DNA from: Camelus dromedarius
Taxonomy: Eukaryota
DNA: 64,000 nt
NCBI RefSeq assembly: GCF_036321535.1
Contig: NC_087437.1
Coordinates: 8,122,001-8,186,000, forward strand
Direction: 5' to 3'
The position numbers and the translations under genes were made by a program. Positions 1-11,675 of the stretch are shown in pieces. Below the pieces are notes generated by a model. That model saw only the letters and a list, made by a program, of their open reading frames with translations, was not told where the DNA came from and did not search any database. Every line of letters starts with the position of its first letter. Position 1 is the stretch's first letter.

Positions 1-213
1 CATCCCTGGAATTTAAAATATGTTTGCCACATGTTTTTAATAGGCTAAGTTTTCTCCTATAACCAAACTATGAAGATCAAACAGAAGTTCTCCAACAGAG
101 CTTTTGTCTAATCTTCCACTTGTATTAGCAATAGCTGAATGGTTTTACTGGCTTTCAGTAGCCCAGACTGAAAACGAAAAAATAGAACATACTCAAAGCA
201 GAATTATGCGAGT

Positions 214-214
214 G

Positions 215-245
<31 letters not shown>
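214..245 (+). repeat. (TA)n(GA)n compound microsatellite
   Basis: Direct read. Confidence 0.9.
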
Positions 246-524
246 GAATGTAGCACAATAGGTTAAATTTCTGATAGCCCAGAAATAAAGCTTTCCACAA
301 AATTCTTCCTCCCTCTTCTCCAAATGCCCTCTCCATCTGAGAGGACTCAGCACTTTCCTGGAACCCCAAGCTCTGTAGAAGCTAATCGAGTTCCCTGAGT
401 GACACAAAAGGATGATTCTTATTGAGAAGGTAGAATCTAACAGAACACAAACCAAAATTCCACAAGAGTACTTTTTAAATTTGAGCCAAAAAAAGTATCA
501 ATTCTAAGTTAATTGTCGACTTAC

Positions 525-608
525 GGATCTAAAACTCTTCCAAGCTTATGTTGAAACTTTTCTTTGAAATCATCAACTTTCTTGGATACGATCTTAGCTC
601 CTCTTTTC
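525..608 (-). CDS. EFHB: EFHB coding exon 7 (KRGAKIVSKKVDDFKEKFQHKLGRVLDP); gene continues beyond window start
   Basis: cttacag| acceptor, |GTAAGT donor, 84 nt, phase 2/2 continuing exon 6; peptide matches recalled EFHB. Confidence 0.93.
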
Positions 609-727
609 CTGTAAGATGAGAAAATTGTCAGGTATCTGTATTACCTAAAGTATTCTTGGCTACCTAATACACATATGTGAGGACTACCACCGTATCATTT
701 GGGCCATCAAAAAATAATTCCAGTTTT

Positions 728-870
728 GGGGGGAGGGTGTAGCTCAGGGGTAGAGTGCAGTGCTCAGTGTGCACAAGGTCCTGGGTTCAATCCCCAGTAT
801 CCCCTTTAAAAAATAATAGTAACAAGAATAAATAAATGAACATAATTATCCCCCCAAAAAATAGTAATAG
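728..870 (+). mobile_element. tRNA-derived SINE (camelid Vic-1-like)
   Basis: A box tagctcaggggta, B box ggttcaatcc, A-rich tail; 12-bp TSD TAATTCCAGTTT at 715-726 and 871-882. Confidence 0.88.
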
Positions 871-2319
871 TAATTCCAGTTTCAAAAGAAGCTATATGCT
901 AAAAAGAAAGCTTTATGTGTTTAGTGTAAAGATAAGTTTATAATAGAGTGTAAAATTATGATTAAAGAATAAGACAAGCAGACAAAAATATTTTTGGGGA
1001 AATAAAACCGAAGTGTTAATATCATTCTTCTAAGTGTAACTCCTAAAATTGCTAGAAGAAAAGTAAGCATCAAATAAATAACCAAAGGATATGAACAAAT
1101 AACTCACATCTAGTAAACAAATATATGGAGAAATTATAATACTTCTCAGTAATAAGAGAAACTTGAAATAAAAGAACACTTTTAAATGTAAAATAAAGTG
1201 CCACTTTTAACATAGTATGTAAGTAAAGAGAGGGAGAGAGACTAAGATTGGCAAAAAGTTTGGTAAAACACTTGTAGATTGCTAGTGCAATTGCTATAAT
1301 CCCTTTGGAAATAATTTGGTAATATGATTCAGTGAGGATAAAAATCTTCATCCTCTCTTATGTACATCTGGAAACCAATCATAAGGAGATAATCCACATA
1401 ATTAAAAGTGTGGAGAAGTTATATTCATAAAAATGCTTGTAGCCTCATTGACTATAATGGAAAAAAAAGCAAAGAATCTAAATGTTCAATCACGGAGGAT
1501 GATTAAATTACATCACATTAACAGGAATACACTTTTTGCATTTTAAATGTTGGTTATTAAGAATAACACAGCAATATAAAATTATTTTATGTCAAGTGGA
1601 AAAGCAGGATATAAAATGAGGTTGCACTCTGATTAAAGCTATGCAGAAATCTACACAGGAAGCCACACTAGAAAGAAATAGATTAAAAAGATAATAATGG
1701 TTGAATGCAGGTGACAGGATTATGGGTGATTTTATTTTGCCAATTTTCTGTAATATAATTTCATTACTTCTATCACTGTGATTAAATGAGTGTAATTTCT
1801 TTTGAGAACTGTGGAATTATACCACCACTATTTAATAACATTAAAATTAATAAATTCTCTATTGTTTTGCTCAGACTAAAAACAATGAACATTAAATTCT
1901 TAAACTCCATTTGCTTTTAAAACTATTTCTTGTACTGTAGAATATGGAGCTGAATAAATTTCTGGAGAAGAGTGACACTCTGTGGAGAAACAAAAGATGA
2001 AATAAGTAATTCATCTCTTACTTCTTCGTTTACTTCCCCTTAGTTCAGAAAGGGGAAAAAGAACAATATGGGTAAAGTCAGAATAAATCAATGGCAGTTT
2101 AAAGGCTGTAATTTGAACAAATGTAAGTGTAAGGATCCCAAATCATGGAGGCTACACTTTTCAGCCTAAAAGGGCTTGGATTATGTTTCTGGGAGAATCA
2201 GGAAGTATTTGTGAACAGCCATGTATGTCAGAATATCAATAACTGTAACATCAGTACACACCTCGCAGCATTCCCCAGCCAACTCAGAGTAAAGTCTTTT
2301 GCATGCCAGTGAATTTTTT

Positions 2320-2322
<3 letters not shown>

Positions 2323-2373
<51 letters not shown>
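2323..2373 (+). repeat. (AC)~25 microsatellite
   Basis: Direct read, uninterrupted. Confidence 0.97.
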
Positions 2374-2378
<5 letters not shown>

Positions 2379-3123
2379 CGCCTACCGTTTCAAGATTCTA
2401 AATGATTCTTCAGACCAAAAGTCACAAACAGAATATAGCTAGAGATAGTTTTATGGAAGAAATACATCCCTTCAAAGTTAAGAGTAAATGAAATAAAATG
2501 GTGCATGTCAAATTGAGAGGTAAATAAACACGCTTAGCTCCAAGTTTATAATAGAAATCACATTGAAGAATGAAATAGTAAGTTCTTTTTAAAATCCAGC
2601 AAACCAGGAGAATAATCTCTATTGTTTCAGCAGCAATTTTCCAACTAAGTTTTGAAATACAGAAAGTATGATCAAATAAAACATTGTTCCATCAATGATG
2701 TTTCCTTGGGGGTAGAGACAAATTGGAGGGAAATGTATCTTACATACTGCCTGCTTTTATAAATTCAGTGTGTTTTTCTATGACTACCCCAAGTCATTGA
2801 TAAATATGTCCTTGTTCACGACCAAAGGCTCTGCTCTTAGGACTTTCTTAAGGACTACATTGTCATTGTGTTTATTTCGTATCTTTTATAAATTGATAGC
2901 AGGTTTATATTTCTAAGCTTTCAGAAATGGGTAAACCATATTTGTTATCTCCCTTTAAATATCAATTTCAACATTTTATTGAATTATAAATATCTACAGT
3001 CAAATATTTTAATTGTTTCTTCATGTTTTCCTTTACATATGGTTTAACCACTCTAATCATGATAAATTAATGAATATTTGTTTTATGAGCTCTTCTGTAC
3101 CCTAAAGAAAACTGGGTTTACTT

Positions 3124-3182
3124 TTATTTTTTAATATATAAACATTTTTTTATTGAGTTATAGTCATTTTATAATGTTGTGT
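3124..3182 (-). mobile_element. ~60-bp L1 3' tail insertion
   Basis: Reverse complement of the L1 3' end at ~22207-22245; perfect TSD CTGGGTTTACTT at 3112-3123 and 3183-3194. Confidence 0.85.
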
Positions 3183-3369
3183 CTGGGTTTACTTCTCATG
3201 TGGGTTTACTATAATATTTTAAGAATTTCACCTGTGTTTGTGTTTTACCATTATTGTTTTGAATAATTCAAGTATTAGAAACTCATATAATAAAGGAGTA
3301 GAAGGAGACTGGAAATCAATATTTGAGGCCTGTGATCACAGGGTCAAGTGCCTATAAAGCTGGTGTACT

Positions 3370-3580
3370 GGTTAGGGGCAGCCTCTGGAAACACACTGCC
3401 AGGTTGCATTCCTCCTCCAGTACTTCTTAGCTGCATGATCTTGGGCAGATGATTTAACTTCTCTTACCTCAGTTTCTTCATCTGTAAAATAGAAGGGATA
3501 AAAAGTATAGTACACCTACCCCGTCGAGTTGTTGGTAGGATGAAATCGATAATATATAAAGTACTTAGCACTTTGCCTCA
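3370..3580 (+). mobile_element. MIR SINE
   Basis: Core ttaacttctcttacctcagtttcttcatctgtaaaat. Confidence 0.8.
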
Positions 3581-3769
3581 GTAACCGGGAGGTGTGACCG
3601 CAGCGACCACACAGGCAAATGAGCAAAGCAGGCCAGGTGCCCGAGGGAACGCAAAGTCCGTGTGCACACAGGGGCCTGTGGAAACTTGGAGGGCCGGTAT
3701 ATCCTTTAAAGAGAGCGAAGGGCAAAAGTAATCCACTCCCACCACTGATGTATAGAAATGCAGGCCCGG

Positions 3770-4230
3770 TATATTCATTTCCTGTGGTTGCTAGAACAAA
3801 TTACCACAAACATGTGGCTTGACGCAAGAGAAAGGTGAGTTCTCTCACAGTACTGGAGACCGAGTCTGAGATCAGGCTGCACTCCCCCCAGAGGCTCGGG
3901 GGGAGAATCTGTTCATTGCTTCTTCCAGCATCTGGAGGCTGTGGGCATCCTTTGGACTTCCTTGGCTTGATGCCACATCATCACAGTCTCCTCTGTCTTC
4001 ATAGCGTCTTCTCTCCCGTATGTCTCTCTTCTGTCTCCAGTCTCCCTCTGCCTTTTCCTTATAAGGACACCTGTCACTGGACTCAGGGCCCACCCACATA
4101 ATCCAGAGTGGTCTCTTCAGCTCAGAATCTTTAACTTAGTTGCATTTGCAAAGACCCTTTTCCCATATAAGATAACATTCATAGGTTCTGGGAGTTAGAA
4201 TATGGATAAATCTTTCAGGGCCACTGTTCA
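3770..4230. mobile_element. MaLR solo LTR (MLT1-like)
   Basis: ttgctagaacaaattaccacaaac...ataaggacacctgtcactgga...aagacccttttccca motifs typical of MLT1. Confidence 0.75.
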
Positions 4231-4574
4231 GTGTTTTCAGTCTTCTGATTTTTTTAAGCATAGTAGGAAATACGGATTTTGTGAGTAATCTCCCAATATT
4301 TGTTGACTTAGATATAAAATATAAGACAAGAAGTGGAAAACTAAGAAATTTTATTTTAATTTCTTAAGAAAGTGGTCATATATAGAATGCAGGCATAAAG
4401 AGGTCACAGTTTGCAGAGTTAAGTCAGATACTCAGGCGCTCAAATCTCTATTAAACAGAGCTGAACGACAGATGACAGGTCAGTTACGTGGGACATGTTT
4501 GTAGAGATTTGAAAGCCCACCATCTTTAAGAAACATAACAGAGTTGATCCCATAGATTAAAAACGTTCGTGTAT

Positions 4575-4842
4575 GTAGAAAACAAACTTGTGGTTACCAG
4601 GGGGAAAGAGGGGTGGAAAGGGATAAATTGGGAGTTCGAGATTTGCAGATACTACTATCTATAAATAGATAAACAAGTTTCTACTGTCTATAGTACAGGG
4701 AACTCTAATCTCTATCTTGTAGTAACCTATAATGAAAAAGAATATGAAAAGGAATATATGTATGTGTATGCATGACTGAAACATTATGCTGTCCACCAAA
4801 GATTGACACATTGTCAACTGACTATACCTCAGGTAAAAAAAA
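4575..4842 (+). mobile_element. L1 3' UTR fragment
   Basis: gaaaacaaacttgtggttaccaggg...gactatacctc + A tail; homologous to 23600-23870. Confidence 0.85.
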
Positions 4843-5128
4843 GTCATGTGTGTCTTCAGACCTGCTGAAAAGGCATAAAGTAACTTTAGAATCACACATA
4901 CACAATGTACACTCAAACACACACACACAAAACAGTATCATAGTTATCTTTGGGGGAACTAGATAGTTCGGAAGACATATCATTGTGCGTCTTTTTCTGT
5001 TATTTTTATGTTTGAACCACGTCAGTGCGTTACCTCTTCAAAAAATAAATTTAATAAATCAACTTTTCTTTAAGTCCATATGCCATATATCTAACACTTG
5101 TTCCAAGACACAATATACTTAAACTTAC

Positions 5129-5258
5129 ATTTGTAGTTCCTGAAGCCAATATAACGTTTTTGCCATGTTTCGTCCATCATTAAAATGTGGTGTTGGGACC
5201 CCATACAAGTTAAACCTATGAAAACTTGATGGGTTATACTTTCGGTTCTTTGCTTCTC
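5129..5258 (-). CDS. EFHB: EFHB coding exon 6 (GEAKNRKYNPSSFHRFNLYGVPTPHFNDGRNMAKTLYWLQELQM)
   Basis: ttttcacag| acceptor, |GTAAGT donor, 130 nt, phase 1/2, open frame. Confidence 0.94.
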
Positions 5259-6228
5259 CTGTGAAAAATAAAAGGGGAGGAGGGGAGACTTCTGACTTAA
5301 GCAACAGAACTAACCTTATCTTGCATGAAGCACGTTATGTTCTCATTGACAATGAAAATGAGAGTGAGACAAAGAATGAAACTGTAACAGCGCAGGAGAC
5401 TGCAAGCATTTGGGCACAGACGACAGAGGCCTGCTCCCACGTGACGGGGGAGGACTGGTGGGACAAGAATTCCTTGTGTTAATATTTGGAAAGTGAATGG
5501 AAACATGATGTAGGAGAAAGATAAATATAAATGATGAAAGGATTTTACCTGGCATCAAGACGTCAGCAATTAAATTGTAGGCTACAGCACTTAGACATCC
5601 ATTGCCTTTTAGTTATGCTACAGAATAATTCCAGCAATAGGCTACTTCAAGTCAAGGTCATGTAATAATAGTAATAACAGCTAATAGTTACTGAGCCCTT
5701 GCTATGTGCCAGGCATTATGCCAAGCATTTTTCAGGCACTCACTTAATCCTCACAGTATTATTATTCCTACTAAATAAATTAAAATGGATTGTGATAAGT
5801 AAAAAATTCAAAGTCTAAAAGATAATAAAGGGACAAGCTAGGACTTGAATCTGATTGGATTCAAAAATTTCTGCACTTGATCACTATCTAACATTCCTCC
5901 TATAAAGCACTTCGAATAATCCTGACATTTGAATAAGAGTGGTATTTTTTAAGCCTAAAGCCACTAAAACAAGATTAGACTAACATTTAATCTTTCTTAG
6001 CTGTTTTATCATTTTGGTGATACATATTTTTCTGCATTTAATGCACAAAATGCATAGGTGTATGTGTTCCCAGCTATCGGGACTAATAACCTATAAATAA
6101 TATGTTATTTTTATTGATCACCTATATATGTCAGGCTTTTAACTTTAAGCCCATTATCTCCTCTGTTTGTCTTCACATTCCTGAGAGTCTCATGTGCTCA
6201 GGCCTGTTTCACACACGAGGACACTTAC

Positions 6229-6339
6229 CTACATAATAATCATTGTGAGAAACAATATACAGGTCGTGTCCTTCCTGTCCTTCTTCAAATACTTCTTTAT
6301 AGGATTTTGGTGGATTCACCACATCTTTAGCGGATAATC
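6229..6339 (-). CDS. EFHB: EFHB coding exon 5 (GLSAKDVVNPPKSYKEVFEEGQEGHDLYIVSHNDYYV)
   Basis: cttccttcag| acceptor, |GTAAGT donor, 111 nt, phase 1/1. Confidence 0.94.
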
Positions 6340-6399
6340 CTGAAGGAAGAATTAATGAAATCACTTTTAAGGTATTTTTCCTCGTATTTTTTTCTCTTT

Positions 6400-6720
6400 T
6401 TAAAAAATTTTATTTTTTATTGAAGTACAGTTAATTTACAATGTTAGTTTCAGGTGTACAGCAAAGCAATTCATTTATACATACACATACTTTTTTTTCA
6501 AATTCTTTTAAAACTTTTTTTAATTGAAGTATAGGCAGTTACAATGTGTCCATTTCTGGTATACAGCATAATGTTTCACTTATATGTATACAGACAGATA
6601 TTCCTTTTCATATTCTTCTTCATTGTAGGTTACCCCAAGATATTGAATATAGTTCCCTGTGCTATATATGGTAGGTCCTTGTAGCTTATCTGTTTTATAT
6701 ATAGTAACATGTATCTGTTA
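6400..6720 (-). mobile_element. Two stacked L1 3'-end fragments (~6400-6505, ~6515-6720)
   Basis: Two tttt..attgaagta.ag..a.tttacaatg termini. Confidence 0.8.
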
Positions 6721-8312
6721 TAACAGATTATCTGTTTATAACATTTAAATCAACTAGAGCAAATGACAAACTAGGTATGCTGATTGCATAAGCTACATGG
6801 GCACAAAGCCAGCACAAAGGTTTATCAAGAAAGACAGGAATAGCCCAGATGTTTGCTGTCTTAGGGACCCACACTCGAACAGGCTCACTCTCTAGAATTC
6901 TGAAGAATGTCAGAACTCTGTATCAGTTAACCACTTTAGTTGTCCTGAGCCATATTCCAAGCCCAATTTGGAATCTCTGGACAATTTTTATTTTAGTTTG
7001 CTCCAGACTTCCCAAGATGCTCTAGGCAAATTTGAATCACAAATCAGTTTCAGAAACCCGGATGACCTGTTGGGAAAACTTCATGCAAATTTTACCAGCT
7101 GTAGACTGGAGCACACACCCTTAATCTGCTTTGATGTGAATATCCATCTTCAAAGTAACTGAAAGTGCCAGAGTAATCACTGAAATCAGGAAGAAATTCT
7201 TCTTCCTACTAGTCCCAAACCTGGAGCAGGTGGAACAGTTGCTCTCCCAGGACTGTGGTCCTGGGGATTTTATATCCAGTGAATTATTTTATTTTTATTG
7301 TTTTATGTAATGATTTTTAAATATAATTCCATTTACAATTTCAGTCTTCTCTTTCAACCTAACGACATATATTAAGATGTTTTCTTTCTATTGACTTTCT
7401 CCCAAGAATTGGGGTCTGTAAACAAACATTTAAGAATACCAAAAGGTTTTGTGACTCAGAATAATCCTGTAAATCAGTGCTTCTTTATGATACATGAACC
7501 ATTACACCTGTTGATACACATATACACATAACATTTTGGAACATTCCTTCTATTGCATATTTAAATGAGGCACATCTAGACAGTACTTTCCATATTAAAT
7601 GAACTAATCCCAGATAGCCATTATGATATAATCAGTGAAATACTGTAATGCCACGTCTGCTTAAATACAATTCTTAATCCCACTTAAAAGAAAAACAGAT
7701 ATTTTACCCATTCTAAAATACATTTTTCCTGTTCCAAAGTTTAACAAATGTTAACTTTAGATCTAATACAATAAAGTCGTACTGCAGATTTTTCATCCCA
7801 AGAGAAAGGCATCATTTATCTCCAGAATGTATGTCACTATGTTAAGGAAAATAATCTAATGGGCCTTTTGGTGAAAAAAAAAAAAAAAATGATACAGTTC
7901 CTGGAACAGAGCCTTAATGGATGCAGAAAGACAAAGAGAAGTGAATTCCTCTGCAGAATGAAAAAGAAAAATGGAATTTTTTTTCTTTTAATCTGGAGGG
8001 AAGGATGAGGGACCTGAAGAGGCTAGGAGAACTGGGTAAACGTGAAAAAAAGGTGTCAAGGAGAGCACCCAACAACGTGGCAAGAGCTGCATTCAGAAGA
8101 AATAATGACCTGTGACCAGTTCTATTCTAAGTCCTTTATTGAAAGATGTGCTCTGCTCCCTCTCAAAATGAAAGGGGGATCTGCCTGTTTGGTTAATATG
8201 CAGGTAGACATCACGGATCTGCATGAATGAGCACAGTATGCAGAATTTACCAAACTTATCTGTTTCGTGGTCTGTTGTATGAAACAGCGGTTCACGAAGA
8301 GTTAACAGTTAT

Positions 8313-8403
8313 GGGGGAGGGTAACAGCTCAGTGGTAGAGCACCTGCTTAGCATACACGAGGTCCTGGGTTCAATCCCCAGTACCTCCATTAAAAAAAAA
8401 AAA
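8313..8403 (+). mobile_element. tRNA-derived SINE (Vic-1-like), short form
   Basis: ggggagggtaacagctcagtggtagag...gggttcaatccccagtacctcc + poly(A); decayed TSD aagagttaacagttatg / aagggttaagacttatg. Confidence 0.88.
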
Positions 8404-8773
8404 GGGTTAAGACTTATGAACACATCAGAGGCATTGGTGTGTAATAAATCACACAAATAGATGGGGGGTGGTAGCGGGTAACAGCCCTCACAGTTGGCCC
8501 CAGTGTCCACTTCCCTGGGTCTTTTTCCTGCCTTTATACCACCTCTACTCTGCCCCATGAGTCACCTCTCCAAACCCTGACATTTCACTGCCTTGACACA
8601 CGTAAACCCTAAGGCTTCTGGGTCTGAGAGTAACTTTCTTGCTCCGACCCCATCTTTCATTCTTGAATCATAATTTACACCTGCACTGAACACCATCCCA
8701 ATAGGATATATAATCCTATTTTCTAAGAAAACTTCTTTCATCACCACCACCCCACCCCTTACTTTTTCACTAC

Positions 8774-8954
8774 CTCTGACGACTGCTGTCCCAAACGTCG
8801 TATTGAGTGTATCCAGGCCTTTGGGTAATCCCGGCGTCTGATCGTGAGATTTTCCCAGCGGTGCTCGTCGACTGCTAAAATATACTGATTCCTTTTTATC
8901 TTTAATTTTCTGTTGAAATGTTGTAATTGGCTGTGGGTTTATCAATACCTTTGC
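8774..8954 (-). CDS. EFHB: EFHB coding exon 4 (AKVLINPQPITTFQQKIKDKKES...FGTAVVR)
   Basis: ttctttag| acceptor, |GTAGTG donor, 181 nt, phase 0/1; overlaps ORF 8562..8945. Confidence 0.94.
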
Positions 8955-9672
8955 CTAAAGAAATCATACAAAGCAAAGATGCCACAACAACAACAACAAA
9001 AAGGTAAAAATCTGAAAACTGAAACTCCAATCAATACCCGGGGAGAAGAGAACAGGATTGTGGGAAAACATTTCCTTAGCATTGCCTTTGCTTACCTTCA
9101 AATGAGCTGTCAGAAGTGGGACTATGCAGCTTAAACATGTTGAAACGTGGCTTTGCACTGGGGCTAAAAGGTTTATGAGGCCAGCTCGCTGGTTACTCAA
9201 CTCAAATCTTCCAGAAAAGTGGGAATGACAAGCACAAGAATCCCATGATTCCCACAAGTGCCCTCCAGAGATGAAATCAGGTCTTCTGACCCTGGACTGT
9301 CCATTCAGTCACTGATTGAACACCGAGACCCTGCACGCATTCAGTGCATGTATAAGCATGCTCAGTGCCTCTAGGTAGCATCGCCCAGCCTTTGTCCGCA
9401 CTGTTCTGTAACAAACCTTGACAGCATCTCTTGCTACTGTGAGAAAATGAAGTGCAACTCAGCTTTTATTATCTGAAGGGAGAATGTATAGTTTGTGGCT
9501 CAAACCATTGATTTTTCTACACTCTCTTGGCTGCCATTGCTTGGGGTTTTTTTTCACTGCCCAGGACTAAGAGTGGGAAAGAGATTGGGACCGATGATTT
9601 CACTAACACCTCGTTTTGCATTTTCACCTTAGTAAATTATTAAGGTACAGGGAATAATAGAAAGGAAGTTAC

Positions 9673-9816
9673 CGGTATTGAAATTTTAGATCTTATGCCG
9701 TGTGTCAAACAAGGTGCGATTTGAGGATCATTTGCTCTGCCGTAAAATACTCTTTCGGCTCCAGCAGGTGGATATCTGAAGTTGAAAAATTTTTTTGCCT
9801 CAGGTGGGGTCACTGG
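9673..9816 (-). CDS. EFHB: EFHB coding exon 3 (PVTPPEAKKFFNFRYPPAGAERVFYGRANDPQIAPCLTHGIRSKISIP)
   Basis: tgtttgtag| acceptor, |GTAACT donor, 144 nt, phase 0/0. Confidence 0.94.
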
Positions 9817-10277
9817 CTACAAACAGTGAGACAAAAAAATAGGATTATCAAGTACAGTTGTTTCGATATTAGCAAGAATGATCTATACCAGTCAGTGAAC
9901 ACCTTTCTTTACATGAGTGTAGTAAGTACATGGGGAACCACAGTCCCAAATAATGAAACATCCTAAATTTTCTTTTGTAGTGAAAATAAACAACATATTT
10001 TAGAAGTTGTATTCAGAAAACAGTCAATATCCAGGTTAGGAAGCATACCATAAATAACTTTCCTATCAAAAATAAATGGAATCTCCACTAATTTTAGTAG
10101 AGCTGGAGATTGTAAGCCTGGAATTTTCACTTTCTTGGACAAACTCAATAGAGGGCCTCAAAGTACAGTTTTAAAAAAAAAATCCAAATTGATCACATTA
10201 AATTTACACAGCTTTCACAAGAAATGTTGAAAATCATTTCTCTTATGTTCACACAGATGCATATTGAAAACACTCAC

Positions 10278-10340
10278 CCTGGGAAGTTTTTCAGTCAAGC
10301 AGCTTGCAACTCTGTACCCAATCGGAAGAACTTTTCCTGC
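10278..10340 (-). CDS. EFHB: EFHB coding exon 2 (AGKVLPIGYRVASCLTEKLPR)
   Basis: tttttcccttag| acceptor, |GTGAGT donor, 63 nt, phase 0/0. Confidence 0.94.
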
Positions 10341-11675
10341 CTAAGGGAAAAATAAGCAATAATTGGTCATTGTCAGAGTAGAGGGGGAGAGTTTTGAAGA
10401 ATGGAATGTATTTCAAATTTGGTCTATGATTCTGGTGCTACAAAGTTACTTTCAACTACTTAACACAATTAAGAAAAATAGTAAGCACAAATAGCAAATT
10501 GAAAGCAATCCTCATGTAGAATATAAACATTAGATGCTGCATATATTCAAATGCTTTTTTTTTTTACAGTGCATTCTCAGTGATCCATCCAATTACAGGA
10601 CCTCTGTGACATGCTGAGGAATTCAACTTTCAGAAATAATCTTATCATCGTTCACAGGTTAATTATCGGCTGTCCTGTGATCATCAGTACAGTGAGAGTA
10701 GGCTGAAGTCAAGCTAAATTCTAGATAAAGTGTTAGATATTTCTGAGTGCGTGTGGGTGCATTTGCCTGGGGTTTACATTTCCACCAAGGCTCTTAACTT
10801 TTGGCACTTGCAAACGTCACCCCTGGCCAAGCTCCTTCCGTAAATGGCCCAAATCTCACTTGGCTTTGTTCACTTGATTCTAACTTGAGTCCTATCTGTC
10901 CTTCCTTTGCCCAAGCAAAGATAATAACTCTTCATTCCCAGCAATGTACCTCTTAACTATTTCCCCTTATCATTTCAAGGCAGCTGATAGTTATTTCTGC
11001 AAAGCATAAGTTTCTCTTTAAAAACTGAAAGAAAGAAACTTCCTGTAAAGAGTGTTCGAGGTCTCTGGAGGGGGATGGGGCGGAATGGGTGAGGACAGAA
11101 AAAAGCAGAGAGGTTGAGTGAGAGTTGGGTGGATGGATGAATGTGTAGGTGGCAGCACGTGGGTGGACAGATTAGCTAAAAGGAGGGGTGGCTGGATGAC
11201 AATATGGACAGATGGATATAGATGGGCAGATGAACTTCTTTATTACGTTAAATATCAAGTGCAGAATTCCTCTTAGAGGGAGAGCCATCAAGGATTACGC
11301 AAGTATCTTGATGACATCTCTGAGTATCAAAGAGGAAGCCCACAGACATGGTCAGACAGAGAGGTTAATTGCTTTGCTAAAAAAATGGGAGAAAATATAA
11401 ACTATTGTTGGGATAGACTAAGGAAGGAAGAAGGGGAATGATAGATAGATTGAGAAAAGGTGTGAGAAGAGCAAGATCCAGTAACAATGTGAGAGGCCAG
11501 GAAGCCCAAGATGAGAAACTGGCCAGGGATGAGCAGCCCAGCCTTAATGCCAAATGTTGGGTAAATTCTACTTACATAGCTATGTGATAGAAGGAGAACC
11601 TGGTGTAAAGAAGGAAAGGGGCTGTATTCTAACTTGGGCTGAAGCAGGTCGGGAAAAAGGGAGGAGAAGTACAAA

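Noticed and set aside
8313..8390. tRNA-like sequences (also at 728 and 41956)
   Set aside because: A tails, TSDs and divergence identify them as SINEs, not tRNA genes
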